Of a stretch of 64,000 bases of DNA, positions 38,384 through 47,392 are shown piece after piece. Position numbers and translations under genes: made by a program. The notes beneath the pieces are model-generated. The model was not told where the DNA came from and made no database searches. It worked only from the letters and a program-made list of their open reading frames with translations. Numbering within the stretch: position 1 is the first letter of the stretch; every line of letters starts with the position of its first letter. This stretch comes from Candidatus Latescibacterota bacterium (GTDB lineage Bacteria > Latescibacterota > UBA2968 > UBA8231), in contig OZ241867.1 in assembly GCA_965203175.1 (NCBI GenBank), positions 4,800,001 through 4,864,000 on the forward strand, in the 5' to 3' direction.

Positions 38384-39817
38384 TCACAAGCCCTGCTCGA
38401 TCATCGCGACAATCTCGTCTGTATCCCCTACGCTATACAGACGATCTAAGATCAATCCTCGGGAGTCCACCAAGTAATACGCAGGGATGACACTCACTTG
38501 GTAGCTTGTGGTTACCTCCGTACTCCAACCCTCGGCACGCACATGGACGCCTTCGATCTCGTGTTTATCAATCGCTTCTCGCCAAGCAGCCTCATCCACG
38601 TCCAGTGATATGTTGAGGAAGACGACCGGCCGGCCGGCCGTTTTTTCCTTGATTTTGCGGAGATTGGGCAGGTCGCTAATACACGGCTTGCACCAACTTG
38701 ACCAGAAATCGAGCAAAACCACCTGCCCCTTGAACTGCCCCAGCGATACGGGCTGGCCATCGAGGTCGTCGAGCGTGAAAGCGGGCGCGGGTTGCCCAGG
38801 TTGTAGCTTGAGCGCCTCATCCAGAGCGGCCTGGACAGGTTCGTTGTATTCCGGGTGCGGATTGATCTGCTGGAAATCCTCCCACTTGCTATGGGCCACT
38901 GCAAAAGCTTCGCTGCCGCCGCGCTTGAACCCATCGATCAGCTCTCCGGCCAGAAACCAGTAGAGCACTCTCCCTTCTAGTTTTTGCTTGGCCAGATCGT
39001 ATCTCTTTGCCAAATTCCACGTCCGACCTACTGGAGTAGTATATATCGAGTCAACCTGGGTCTGGATGGCCTCCGACAGATTCCGGTTTTCCCAGTCTAA
39101 GAAAAGTCCCAGAAACCAGCGATAACTGCCTGTGCCCATGGCCTTTTCGGTCACCAAGGGGATTTCCTGTAGGAAGTCGTAGTACTCCGGGGTGATATCT
39201 CTGTTTTCGTGGCCATTGACAACTCGGTAATTCGTCGGGTAGGACATCATGAGTTCGGCCCTCTCGTAATTGAAGCTGGCCGTCGCATAGTCAATGTACC
39301 TTGGAGACAGGATGTATTTCTCGCGCCCCTCGGCTAGAAACTCGAACCGCTCCCTCCGCCACTGCTCCATCTGGCGCTTAAAATCCTCCACCTTCAGATC
39401 CTCGTAGTCGAGTCGGAAGGAGCGGAAGCGTAGCCCCAACTCAGCCATGAAGCGGCTGTTGTCCGCATTGGGACCGCTAAACGAGCAAACGCCCTCCTCC
39501 ACGACGATGTGCAGACTGTCGCCGGGTTCGACGAAGAAGATTGATCGCCTTCTCTCGTAATGCCCCCAGACGGGGATTCCTCGGACGACAGGCAACTCAA
39601 AGGCGAAGCGGTCTAGACTATCGAGAACGATGCGCAGTTCGGAGCTTTCCAGTGCCGACGGCGATTCGTAGCCAAATGTGATTTCCCGCGAAGTTGGGTC
39701 CCGGATTTCGCCAGTGATGGTTGCAATCGATGGCGGACTCTGCGCGCTTTCGACAGCGAGACAAGCACTCGACGCCATGAGTATGGCAATGAGGAGGCTA
39801 CCGTATGTATTCCTCAT
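38384..39817 (-). CDS. TlpA-family oxidoreductase, copy 4 (half repeat)
   Basis: DFWSSWCKPC. Confidence 0.9.
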   Translation of the reverse strand: MRNTYGSLLIAILMASSACLAVESAQSPPSIATITGEIRDPTSREITFGYESPSALESSELRIVLDSLDRFAFELPVVRGIPVWGHYERRRSIFFVEPGDSLHIVVEEGVCSFSGPNADNSRFMAELGLRFRSFRLDYEDLKVEDFKRQMEQWRRERFEFLAEGREKYILSPRYIDYATASFNYERAELMMSYPTNYRVVNGHENRDITPEYYDFLQEIPLVTEKAMGTGSYRWFLGLFLDWENRNLSEAIQTQVDSIYTTPVGRTWNLAKRYDLAKQKLEGRVLYWFLAGELIDGFKRGGSEAFAVAHSKWEDFQQINPHPEYNEPVQAALDEALKLQPGQPAPAFTLDDLDGQPVSLGQFKGQVVLLDFWSSWCKPCISDLPNLRKIKEKTAGRPVVFLNISLDVDEAAWREAIDKHEIEGVHVRAEGWSTEVTTSYQVSVIPAYYLVDSRGLILDRLYSVGDTDEIVAMIEQGL

Positions 39818-39835
39818 GAGCCTTGCTCTAGTCAG

Positions 39836-40636
39836 CTAGCCGTATGCGCCGTGATCGAGGAAGCCGAGCAGCCGTTTCAGCCGGGGATTCGCATTTTCAT
39901 ACACATGCGGCGGCATTTGGTAGTTCATAAACGGGTAGTACTTGTGCCCGACGATCCGGCGCGCATACGTCACCTGGGTGATGTACCGCGTGCGGTCGCT
40001 GCGGTTCGGCCCCCCGCGATGCCACACCTGATTGTTGAACATGACGACGCTCCCCGCCGGGGCGCTGTTGTGGACGATTTTCTCTTCCCACTCGGAGCCC
40101 TCGATCTCGACCGGCGGTTTGCCGAGCAGGTGCGTTTTCGGAATCACTTCCGTCCCGCCGTGCGCCGGCGTATCCACATCGGTCAGATAGTAGTTGGCCG
40201 TAAAGAACAGCACCGGGAGGTGGACGTTCGGCGGCGGCTTGCCGTCTGTGACGACGTAGTGTGGGGCATCGTCCTGATGCCACGTCGAGAGGCCTCCGCC
40301 CGGAAGCGTCTGGAACGAGTTGTTGTGAATCACGTGGCAATTCGGTGCTACCAATGCCTCCGCAAAGCTCACAATCGGCTCGAGATCGAACAGGCGCAGG
40401 TTGGCTGCGCTCGTCTCGAATAGCCGATGCGCGAGCTTCGTGTACTCGCTGTAGTTGTTCAGTCCATTCGGATTGTCCGCCAGCGCCCGGTCCAAATCGG
40501 CCCGCAATTGCGCACACCAATCCGGCGGGAGAACGTTTTTAACGAGCAGGTACCCATCGCGATGAAATCTCTCGATCCATTGGGCGATCTGTTCGGTGGA
40601 TTGTTGGACCCCGGCGAGAGGCTGTTTTTTTCGCAT
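39836..40636 (-). CDS. PhyH-family dioxygenase (canonical HxD)
   Basis: FHRDGYL, WHQDD, GGTEVIPKTH, VWHRGGPNRS..R. Confidence 0.9.
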   Translation of the reverse strand: MRKKQPLAGVQQSTEQIAQWIERFHRDGYLLVKNVLPPDWCAQLRADLDRALADNPNGLNNYSEYTKLAHRLFETSAANLRLFDLEPIVSFAEALVAPNCHVIHNNSFQTLPGGGLSTWHQDDAPHYVVTDGKPPPNVHLPVLFFTANYYLTDVDTPAHGGTEVIPKTHLLGKPPVEIEGSEWEEKIVHNSAPAGSVVMFNNQVWHRGGPNRSDRTRYITQVTYARRIVGHKYYPFMNYQMPPHVYENANPRLKRLLGFLDHGAYG

Positions 40637-40722
40637 GATTGCCCTGCCTTCTTGATGGAATCGTCCTCGGAGAGCAATCAAACGCAACCCGACTGCCGAC
40701 ACAAGACTCGCTGTCTGGCACA

Positions 40723-40751
40723 TTGACGTAGCATGGGTTCCGTGTTACAAT
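40723..40751 (+). promoter_or_regulatory. sigma70 promoter of higBA with an overlapping imperfect palindrome
   Basis: TTGACG-17-TACAAT with extended -10 TG; gtagcatgg/ccgtgttac inverted repeat; ATG 7 nt downstream. Confidence 0.7.
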
Positions 40752-40758
40752 GCTATTC

Positions 40759-41052
40759 ATGATTCAATCGTTCCGACATGCTGGCACCGAAGACATCTTC
40801 AATGGACGAGACACACGTGCTGCACGCGGTGCTTGTCCATCTTCATTGTGGACTGTAGCTATACGAAAGCTTGAACAACTGGACTCAGCCGATGAACTGC
40901 GCGACTTGCGCAGTCCTCCTGGCAATCATTTCAAGGTATTGCGGGGCATTCGGTCTGGACAATGCAGTGTCCGGGTCAATGACCAATACCGTATTTGTTT
41001 TGCATGGTCGGATGCTGGACCCCAGAATGTCGAAATCGTCGACTATCACTAA
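40759..41052 (+). CDS. higB: HigB toxin (RelE/ParE superfamily)
   Basis: MIQSF, DLRSPPGN, S.RVNDQYRICF.W, VEIVDYH. Confidence 0.92.
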   Translation: MIQSFRHAGTEDIFNGRDTRAARGACPSSLWTVAIRKLEQLDSADELRDLRSPPGNHFKVLRGIRSGQCSVRVNDQYRICFAWSDAGPQNVEIVDYH

Positions 41053-41075
41053 TCACTAAACAAGAGGAGTCGATC

Positions 41076-41390
41076 ATGGTACGTATTCCAACAGATCGCG
41101 TTCCGACTCATCCGGGTGAGATGCTACTGGAGGAGTTCCTAAATCCTTTAGGTTTAACGCAGCGCGAATTGGCAGCTGCCATTCACGTTCCTTATCAGCG
41201 AGTCAACGAATTGGTGAATGGGCGACGTGGCATTACTCCGAGTACAGCCCTACGCCTAGCAAAGTATTTCGATGTGTCGCCCGCGTTTTGGCTGAATCTC
41301 CAACTGCGCTGGGATCTGTATCACGCCACCCGGTCTGAAGCTCGGGAACTAGAGGCGATTGAGCCACGTGCCGTAGGACTTGAAGTATAA
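41076..41390 (+). CDS. higA: HigA antitoxin (HTH)
   Basis: PTHPGEMLLEEFL, NGRRGITPSTALRL..F..S..FWLNLQ. Confidence 0.95.
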   Translation: MVRIPTDRVPTHPGEMLLEEFLNPLGLTQRELAAAIHVPYQRVNELVNGRRGITPSTALRLAKYFDVSPAFWLNLQLRWDLYHATRSEARELEAIEPRAVGLEV

Positions 41391-41457
41391 AGGCCAAGAA
41401 GCCTTCAGCTTCCTATATCTAGGTCACAACCGTATCCTCAGCAACGATGAGAAGTGC

Positions 41458-41499
41458 CGATCATGGTATTCCAACAGAGCGCGTTCCGACTCATCCGGG
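41458..41499 (+). repeat. Degenerate copy of the higA 5' end (41071-41116)
   Basis: cgatcatggta----ttccaacagagcgcgttccgactcatccggg compared with cgatcatggtacgtattccaacagatcgcgttccgactcatccggg. Confidence 0.85.
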
Positions 41500-41507
41500 G
41501 ATCTGAA

Positions 41508-43316
41508 ATGAACAGGTACATGAAGATTCTGAGCATCGGGTTTCTATGCCTATGGTGTGCCGCCGCCTACGCAGACCTGCCCACAGGTCGAGATGTAATT
41601 GTCGGCATTATCGATCCGGGTACGGGACTAAACTGGCGGCATAGAGCCTTTCGCGACCCGCACGATCCCCAGCGCAGTCGCGTACTGTATTTGGCGACAG
41701 GCCGCGAGTGGGATCGGACGGCCATCGAAACCGCCCTCGGCGACCCACAGGCCCCGGCTCCCCCAACCGATGCGGACGGACACGGCACAGCCGTAGCTGG
41801 TGTCGCAGCCGGTTCTATGGGAGGGCAAATGCAGGGCACTGCGCCCGAGGCAGACATCATCATGGTGTCCAGTGCTTCCTCGATAGCCGATGCGGCGGCC
41901 TACATTTTCCGCAAGGCAGATGCGCTGGGACGCCGGGCTGTGGTCTGCCTCAGCTTCTCCATTCCCGAACCGAGGGGTGCCCGCCAAGCGTTGAGCAATC
42001 TGTTGTCGGAAGATGATCGGCGCATCATCGTCGCTGCGGCCGGCAACATCCTTGCTCCTACTAGCATCCTTGATGCTGGTATAGGCATCCACTGGGGGCC
42101 AATCGCCTTGGGAGCGTCTCCCACGTTTACTACTCTTGCGCCTAATCTCTTTTTTGGCGATCCACCGAGGGTAGAATTGACAGTGCTAGTCAGGGAAGAG
42201 GCCGCCGTGGAATTGGGCATCGGCAAATCCCTCGACGAATTGCACTGGCGACCGTTAGATACTATCAAAAGCGCCCAAGCGACGTCGGACACCCTACAAG
42301 ACGCAACTACCATACGATGGCGCCGTCTGTCATCTTTTCATTATTACGTGCCCTCCGCCGACGATGACGACAATACCTACATCCATGTATATCTAGAGGC
42401 CCCTTATGGAGAATGGACCGACGACAATCGCTATCTGTTCGCTGCGCGGGGAGAAGGCGTGTTGCACGCTTGGGTCCTGGAAGGGTTCGGCCAAGAAGAT
42501 GCCCAACTCGCCACCCATCCTGACTATCGCTCGACAGACTTGTGGTCCACAGTGCCCTATCCAGCCAACTTGCCACACGTCATGGCTGTAGGGGCACTTG
42601 CCGACACGACGGGATGGGAGGCGTTGGCCGTAGCACTAGGTGAGGACCCTGTAACGCTACGCGAGGACCTGCTTGTGATATTTGCCGAACACGGCCGGCT
42701 GCTTCCAGACTCGGGCCGAGGACCTTCCCTGAGCGGTGCTATAAAACCGGATTTTGTTGCGCCGGGCATGTCTTGGTTTCCTGGCATTGGGGGCGAGGAG
42801 GACTATGTCTATGACGTAGGCACCAGTATTGCGGCCCCCTATACAGCGGGTGTAATAGCGGCCTTTCTCGAACGGTTCCCCGAGGCGACACGGGATGAGG
42901 TGTATCGCGCCTTCGCCCAATCGGCGCGTCCCATTGACGACCGGCCTGTGCCCAATAATCTGTGGGGCTATGGGCAGGTTGATCTAGCCGCGGCTTTGGC
43001 CTTCTACGAGCAACGAATTCCAACTCTAGTCACCCAGTACGAAGTGCCTTCAGCCAGCCCCCTTACCCTGCACAACGCTCCCAACCCTTTCAACGCCGGC
43101 ACCATCCTGCGCTATACACTCGAACGAGACCAACGCGTACGCCTACATATCTACAATGCCCTCGGCCAACGAGTCGATACGCTGGTCGATGCGTATCAGA
43201 CCAGCGGCCTTCAGAGCGCGTACTGGCATCCTGCTGGTGTCAGGAGCGGGATCTACTTTGCGCGACTGGTCCTCGATGACGGGACGCACACGCGAAAACT
43301 ACTCTTAGTGCGGTAG
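41508..43316 (+). CDS. S8 subtilisin-like peptidase with a C-terminal FlgD/CTD-like domain
   Basis: VGIIDPG, GHGTAVAG, GTSIAAP; tail LHNAPNPFN..IYNALGQ..SGIYF. Confidence 0.9.
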   Translation: MNRYMKILSIGFLCLWCAAAYADLPTGRDVIVGIIDPGTGLNWRHRAFRDPHDPQRSRVLYLATGREWDRTAIETALGDPQAPAPPTDADGHGTAVAGVAAGSMGGQMQGTAPEADIIMVSSASSIADAAAYIFRKADALGRRAVVCLSFSIPEPRGARQALSNLLSEDDRRIIVAAAGNILAPTSILDAGIGIHWGPIALGASPTFTTLAPNLFFGDPPRVELTVLVREEAAVELGIGKSLDELHWRPLDTIKSAQATSDTLQDATTIRWRRLSSFHYYVPSADDDDNTYIHVYLEAPYGEWTDDNRYLFAARGEGVLHAWVLEGFGQEDAQLATHPDYRSTDLWSTVPYPANLPHVMAVGALADTTGWEALAVALGEDPVTLREDLLVIFAEHGRLLPDSGRGPSLSGAIKPDFVAPGMSWFPGIGGEEDYVYDVGTSIAAPYTAGVIAAFLERFPEATRDEVYRAFAQSARPIDDRPVPNNLWGYGQVDLAAALAFYEQRIPTLVTQYEVPSASPLTLHNAPNPFNAGTILRYTLERDQRVRLHIYNALGQRVDTLVDAYQTSGLQSAYWHPAGVRSGIYFARLVLDDGTHTRKLLLVR

Positions 43317-43339
43317 CCACCTAACCCAAAGGAGACGCC

Positions 43340-44287
43340 ATGTACATCCAAGACCAACTCCCTCACGACCGCGTCACCGACGACAACCTGAGCTACTACA
43401 AAGCCATTGGCGTCGATTACCTAACCGTCAACTCCCTCCCCCTCGACCTGCACTCCTACCCCGAGATGGTCGAGTACCTACGAGAAGTCCGCGCCCGCGC
43501 CGAAAAAAACGGCCTCCGCTTGTACAACGCCGCCTTAACCGGCCCGGACGAAATCACTCTCGCGCAACAAGATCGAGATACCAAAATCGAGGAGTGGTGC
43601 AACTGGATCCGGGCCATGGGCACCGTCGGCGTCCCAACCCTCGGCTACAATTTCAAACCCGTGGGCAACTTCCGCACCCCCTCGGACACCGGCCGCGGCG
43701 GTGCCCACTATAGCACCTTTGTCTACTCAGAATACGAAGAAGAGAACCACGACTATCCAGCAAAGCACATCGACGAGGACGGGATGTGGGCCAATATATC
43801 CTACTTCCACCAGCGCATCGTCCCCGTCGCCGAAGAGGCCGGCGTTACCTTGGCCCTGCACCCGGACGACCCCCCGCTACCCGAGCCGATGGGCGGTGCC
43901 GCGCGGATTGTCTCCACCTTGGACCAATACGAGCGCATCTTCGCTCTCAACCCCAGCCCCCAAAACGCCATGCTGTTTTGCCAGGGCTGCGTCACCGAAA
44001 TGGGCATTGACGTGTACGAGGCCATCCGCCGCATGGGCCGCCAAGGCAAAATCGCCTATGTCCACTTCCGCAATGTGCGCGGGACGCCCAAGGATTTCAG
44101 GGAGGTCTTCGTCGACGAGGGCGACGTCGATATGTACCGGGCGATGCAGACCTACAAGGAGGTGGGTTTTAACGGGCCGTTTATGATGGATCACACCCCG
44201 TCCATCCCCGACGACGCAGGCGGGCGCCAGGGCCACGCCTTCGCCACCGGCTTCATCCGCGCCATGATCCAGGCCGTCTATCGCTGA
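43340..44287 (+). CDS. uxuA: Mannonate dehydratase (UxuA) family, second copy
   Basis: LHPDDPP, FCQG, YVHFRNV.G, DEGDVDM, MDHTP. Confidence 0.85.
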   Translation: MYIQDQLPHDRVTDDNLSYYKAIGVDYLTVNSLPLDLHSYPEMVEYLREVRARAEKNGLRLYNAALTGPDEITLAQQDRDTKIEEWCNWIRAMGTVGVPTLGYNFKPVGNFRTPSDTGRGGAHYSTFVYSEYEEENHDYPAKHIDEDGMWANISYFHQRIVPVAEEAGVTLALHPDDPPLPEPMGGAARIVSTLDQYERIFALNPSPQNAMLFCQGCVTEMGIDVYEAIRRMGRQGKIAYVHFRNVRGTPKDFREVFVDEGDVDMYRAMQTYKEVGFNGPFMMDHTPSIPDDAGGRQGHAFATGFIRAMIQAVYR

Positions 44288-44301
44288 TCCAACGCAACCA
44301 A

Positions 44302-44688
44302 TTAATCGATGCGCGGCAGATGCGGCAGGTGGTCGAAGTGCTGATCGCGAGAAAAAAGATGCAGGCCGTGCTCAACCACCAAAGCGGCAATCCAGATATC
44401 GTTGGTCGGAATAGGCGTGCCCTGCTGACGTAATTGGTAAAAAAGCTGGGCATAGTGCCGCGTGGTGGCTTCGCCGGCATAGAGAACGGACGTCCGAGGC
44501 CGACTGAGAAAGCGCAACAGAATGCGCTCATTTTTGCCGGCTCTGGTGCCACATTGGAAACCAGCGCGCAATTCAGCTAGCGTGACGAAGGGCAGGAAGA
44601 TCTGTTCGGCTAGCTGAAGGCGATCCAAGACCACTGGATCGCCGAGGCAAAAGTCGCGGTAGCGGTTGGTGTCTAGGGCAATCTTCAC
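44302..44688 (-). CDS. vapC: VapC PIN-domain toxin
   Basis: ALDTN, LAEL, PTNDIWIAA, SRDQHF; GTGA overlap with the antitoxin stop. Confidence 0.92.
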   Translation of the reverse strand: MKIALDTNRYRDFCLGDPVVLDRLQLAEQIFLPFVTLAELRAGFQCGTRAGKNERILLRFLSRPRTSVLYAGEATTRHYAQLFYQLRQQGTPIPTNDIWIAALVVEHGLHLFSRDQHFDHLPHLPRID

Positions 44689-44942
44689 CGCCACAACTCT
44701 GGATCTACTTGATCCATGGCGTCGACGGCTTGGTCAAAGGCCGGATCGTCCACCCAAGTGCCCGCCAAGTCGTCTAGGTCGTGATGACGCACGGCCTGTT
44801 CCGACAAGCCCAAGCCGCGCTCGAGTGCCCATAGGGCCATTTCATTCAGGCTCTTGTGCTCTTGGCGAGCCCTCCTCCTCAGTTCCCTATCTAGCTGCGG
44901 AGGCACTTTGCGGATGGTGTATTGAGTCGATTTCTCGGTCAT
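44685..44942 (-). CDS. RHH (FitA-like) antitoxin
   Basis: QYTIRKVP..LD..LR.RA....KSLN, DLDDLAGTW. Confidence 0.85.
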   Translation of the reverse strand: MTEKSTQYTIRKVPPQLDRELRRRARQEHKSLNEMALWALERGLGLSEQAVRHHDLDDLAGTWVDDPAFDQAVDAMDQVDPELWR

Positions 44943-44977
44943 GCCTGCAATATAGACGGCGTGTGCAGGCACGTCAA
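44942..44977 (-). promoter_or_regulatory. sigma70 promoter with operator palindrome for the vapBC pair
   Basis: TTGACG-17-TATATT, 6 nt to the ATG; tgcctgca/tgcaggca perfect inverted repeat. Confidence 0.7.
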
Positions 44978-44979
44978 TC

Positions 44980-46149
44980 TCAGCCCGCGACCGCCCGAAT
45001 CGCTTCGGCCATCTTCCGCAGTTTGACCTTGGTGTTGTTCGGGTGCATGGGCACCAAGACGGCTCGCGCCAAAACGTCGAGCGAATCCTGGCACGTATCC
45101 AGCTTGTATTTGACCCGCGCCTTGCGGTTGGCCGGTAGTTTATAAGGATTGAGCGCCGGATGGTGCGCGCCTTGGTAGCGCAGAATAGGCTCCCAGCGCG
45201 TATAGACATGGCGACCGGTATCCATGGGCAAAAAGGAGCTCACGTCTTTTGCCGCCAATCGGTTGCAGAAGGAGCGCGCCTCGTCCTCAGCGGTAAACAA
45301 AAATCCTAGGTGTGTGCCGCACTCGTGGTCCAAGCTGTTGTTCTTTATAGACTCCAACCCCGCCTCCAGCCCGACCTGTAGCAACTCCTGCTTGTGGGCA
45401 CGCATGGTCTTGAGCATTCCCCGAATGCGCCGCAATTGCACGTTGAGTATGGCCCCTTCGACCTCTGAGGCCCTGAAGTTGGGGCCGGCAAATTGCAGCT
45501 CTTCGCGCTCTTCGTCGGGATTCCAGTAAAAGGAGCAGCAGTCCACCGCCACCGAGCCGCGCTGATGTACCGCCTCGGCATTGGTGACAAACGCCCCGCC
45601 CTCGCCGCAGGTCATGTTCTTGAAGAAGTTAAAACTAAACGCGCCGGCGTGGCCCCAACTGCCCAGCATCCGGCCCTCGTACCCGCCGCCCACCGCCTGA
45701 CAGGCGTCTTCGAGAACGAGCAAGCCGCGCTTGCGGGCGATCTTGGTAATGCGCTTCATATCGCAGGGCAGGCCGACCATGTGGACCGGAATAATCGCCC
45801 TAGTGTGTTTGGTAATTCGCCGCTTTAAATCCTTGGGGCACAGTGTTAAGGAATCATCTACATCGGCGATTACCGGAATGGCTCCGGCCCCCAGCACCGC
45901 CAAAGCGGTCGCCATGTAGGTATAGGCGGGCACAATCACCTGATCCCCTGGCCCTACGCCCAATCCCACCAGCGCCGCGTACAGCGCCGAGGTCCCCGAG
46001 CGCGTCATTCGACAGTGCCCCACGCCCACGTAGCGCGCCCAATTCCTCTCAAAGCGGTCACACTCCCCACCCGATCCATAGCGGAAAATCGCGCCGCTGT
46101 CGAATAGCTGCTGTAGTTGCTTGATTTCTGCTTGGCCAATGCGATACAT
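44980..46149 (-). CDS. DegT/DnrJ/EryC1/StrS aminotransferase
   Basis: SGTSAL, IIPVH, LEDACQA.G, FSFNFFKNMTCGEGG. Confidence 0.92.
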   Translation of the reverse strand: MYRIGQAEIKQLQQLFDSGAIFRYGSGGECDRFERNWARYVGVGHCRMTRSGTSALYAALVGLGVGPGDQVIVPAYTYMATALAVLGAGAIPVIADVDDSLTLCPKDLKRRITKHTRAIIPVHMVGLPCDMKRITKIARKRGLLVLEDACQAVGGGYEGRMLGSWGHAGAFSFNFFKNMTCGEGGAFVTNAEAVHQRGSVAVDCCSFYWNPDEEREELQFAGPNFRASEVEGAILNVQLRRIRGMLKTMRAHKQELLQVGLEAGLESIKNNSLDHECGTHLGFLFTAEDEARSFCNRLAAKDVSSFLPMDTGRHVYTRWEPILRYQGAHHPALNPYKLPANRKARVKYKLDTCQDSLDVLARAVLVPMHPNNTKVKLRKMAEAIRAVAG

Positions 46150-46160
46150 GATGCGCTCCT

Positions 46161-46229
46161 TTACACGAGTTCCAGCTCGACCCAGCGCCGAACTGAATTA
46201 ATAAGATAAAGGGTGTCGGCCCGCGCCAG
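46161..46229 (-). pseudogene. C-terminal remnant of a PabC (class IV aminotransferase) domain
   Basis: LARADTLYLINSVRRWVELELV* in a different frame from pabB; its stop abuts the RBS of the next gene. Confidence 0.65.
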
Positions 46230-47346
46230 ACTGCGGCCGGGTGCGCAAGACCTCGGCCTTGGTGAGGCATTCGGCGTATTCTCCCGCGGCCGACGATTCC
46301 CAGACGATCCCGCCGCCCACGCCAAATTCGAGTTGTCCGCTCTCCCGGTCGAGATGCGCCGTGCGAATCGCCACGTTGAAGCACGCCTCCGGCCCCGGCG
46401 ACACATAGCCCATGCAGCCAGTGTAAATGCCGCGCGGGGCGCGCTCCAGTTCGGCGATGATTTCCATGGTCCGCACCTTGGGCGCGCCGGTCACCGAGCC
46501 GCAGGGAAAAAGCGCGGCAAAGATGTCGGGCAGGCTCACGCCGGCTTTGAGTTGGCTTTCCACAGTAGAAGTTAGCTGCCACACCGTGGGATAGCGCTCG
46601 ACCGACCACAGGGCCGGGACCGCCACGCTGCCGACTTGCGAGATACGTCCTAAATCGTTGCGCAACATATCGGTAACCATCAGGTTCTCAGCGCGGTCCT
46701 TAGCGGAATTTTGCAGGTCCTCGGCCCGCTGCTGATCCTCGGCTGCAAAACGGCCCCGCGGCCGGGTTCCCTTCATGGGGCGCACTGTGCAACGCCCGTC
46801 TTGTAGGCGGAAGAACAACTCGGGCGACGCCGAGATCAGAACGTGACGCCCCAGGTCGAAATACGCGCACAACGCGGATTCCTGCACCTGCCCCATATCG
46901 CGGTATAGCGCCAGCGGATTGCCCCGGAAACGGCTGTGCAAGCGCAAGGTGTAGTTGACCTGGTACGTGTCGCCGGCTGCAATATAGGCGCGGATGCGCT
47001 CAATGGCGGCCTCGTACTCCTCCCGCGACACCGACGGTCGCCACTCGTCCAACTCGTAGGTGCCCAAGCCAGCGCTAGGCGCGGCCACCAGCGTCCTCTC
47101 CTCAAAGAGGCCAAAGTAAACCAAGGGAAGCGCACCAGCAGGACGGGTGGTAAAAGCTGGGTCCAGACCAGCCGCAGCCTCGTAGCAGACAAAACCCGCA
47201 GCGTGCAGCCCTTGGGCCACCGCCCGCTCCACCGCGCTGAGGGCCGGGCGCACCTCGTCCGCGGCTGCGGCTACCACCTCGTCCACCGGATGAGCAAACG
47301 CAAAGGAGCGCTCCTGCCCGCAACGGGCATAAGACGACAGCAGCAC
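46198..47346 (-). CDS. pabB: Aminodeoxychorismate synthase component I
   Basis: GDTYQVN, SASPELF, RPMKGT, KDRAENLM..D..RNDL, FPCGSVTGAPK, FNVAIRT, GVGGGI. Confidence 0.9.
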   Translation of the reverse strand: MLLSSYARCGQERSFAFAHPVDEVVAAAADEVRPALSAVERAVAQGLHAAGFVCYEAAAGLDPAFTTRPAGALPLVYFGLFEERTLVAAPSAGLGTYELDEWRPSVSREEYEAAIERIRAYIAAGDTYQVNYTLRLHSRFRGNPLALYRDMGQVQESALCAYFDLGRHVLISASPELFFRLQDGRCTVRPMKGTRPRGRFAAEDQQRAEDLQNSAKDRAENLMVTDMLRNDLGRISQVGSVAVPALWSVERYPTVWQLTSTVESQLKAGVSLPDIFAALFPCGSVTGAPKVRTMEIIAELERAPRGIYTGCMGYVSPGPEACFNVAIRTAHLDRESGQLEFGVGGGIVWESSAAGEYAECLTKAEVLRTRPQSGAGRHPLSY

Positions 47347-47355
47347 TGGATTGTC

Positions 47356-47387
47356 AAAAAAGAAAAAGGAGGATCACTCGAATCCTC
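47356..47387 (-). terminator. Probable intrinsic terminator
   Basis: gaggat-tcgagtg-atcctc followed by ctttttcttttt. Confidence 0.55.
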
Positions 47388-47392
47388 GGCAT

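Noticed and set aside
29158-39817. TlpA paralogue repeats as a diversity-generating retroelement TR/VR pair
   Set aside because: No reverse transcriptase in the window, and differences are not confined to adenines
44943-45209. 174-aa version of the vapB-like ORF
   Set aside because: The extension overlaps the DegT gene; the promoter and RHH motif support the ATG at 44942
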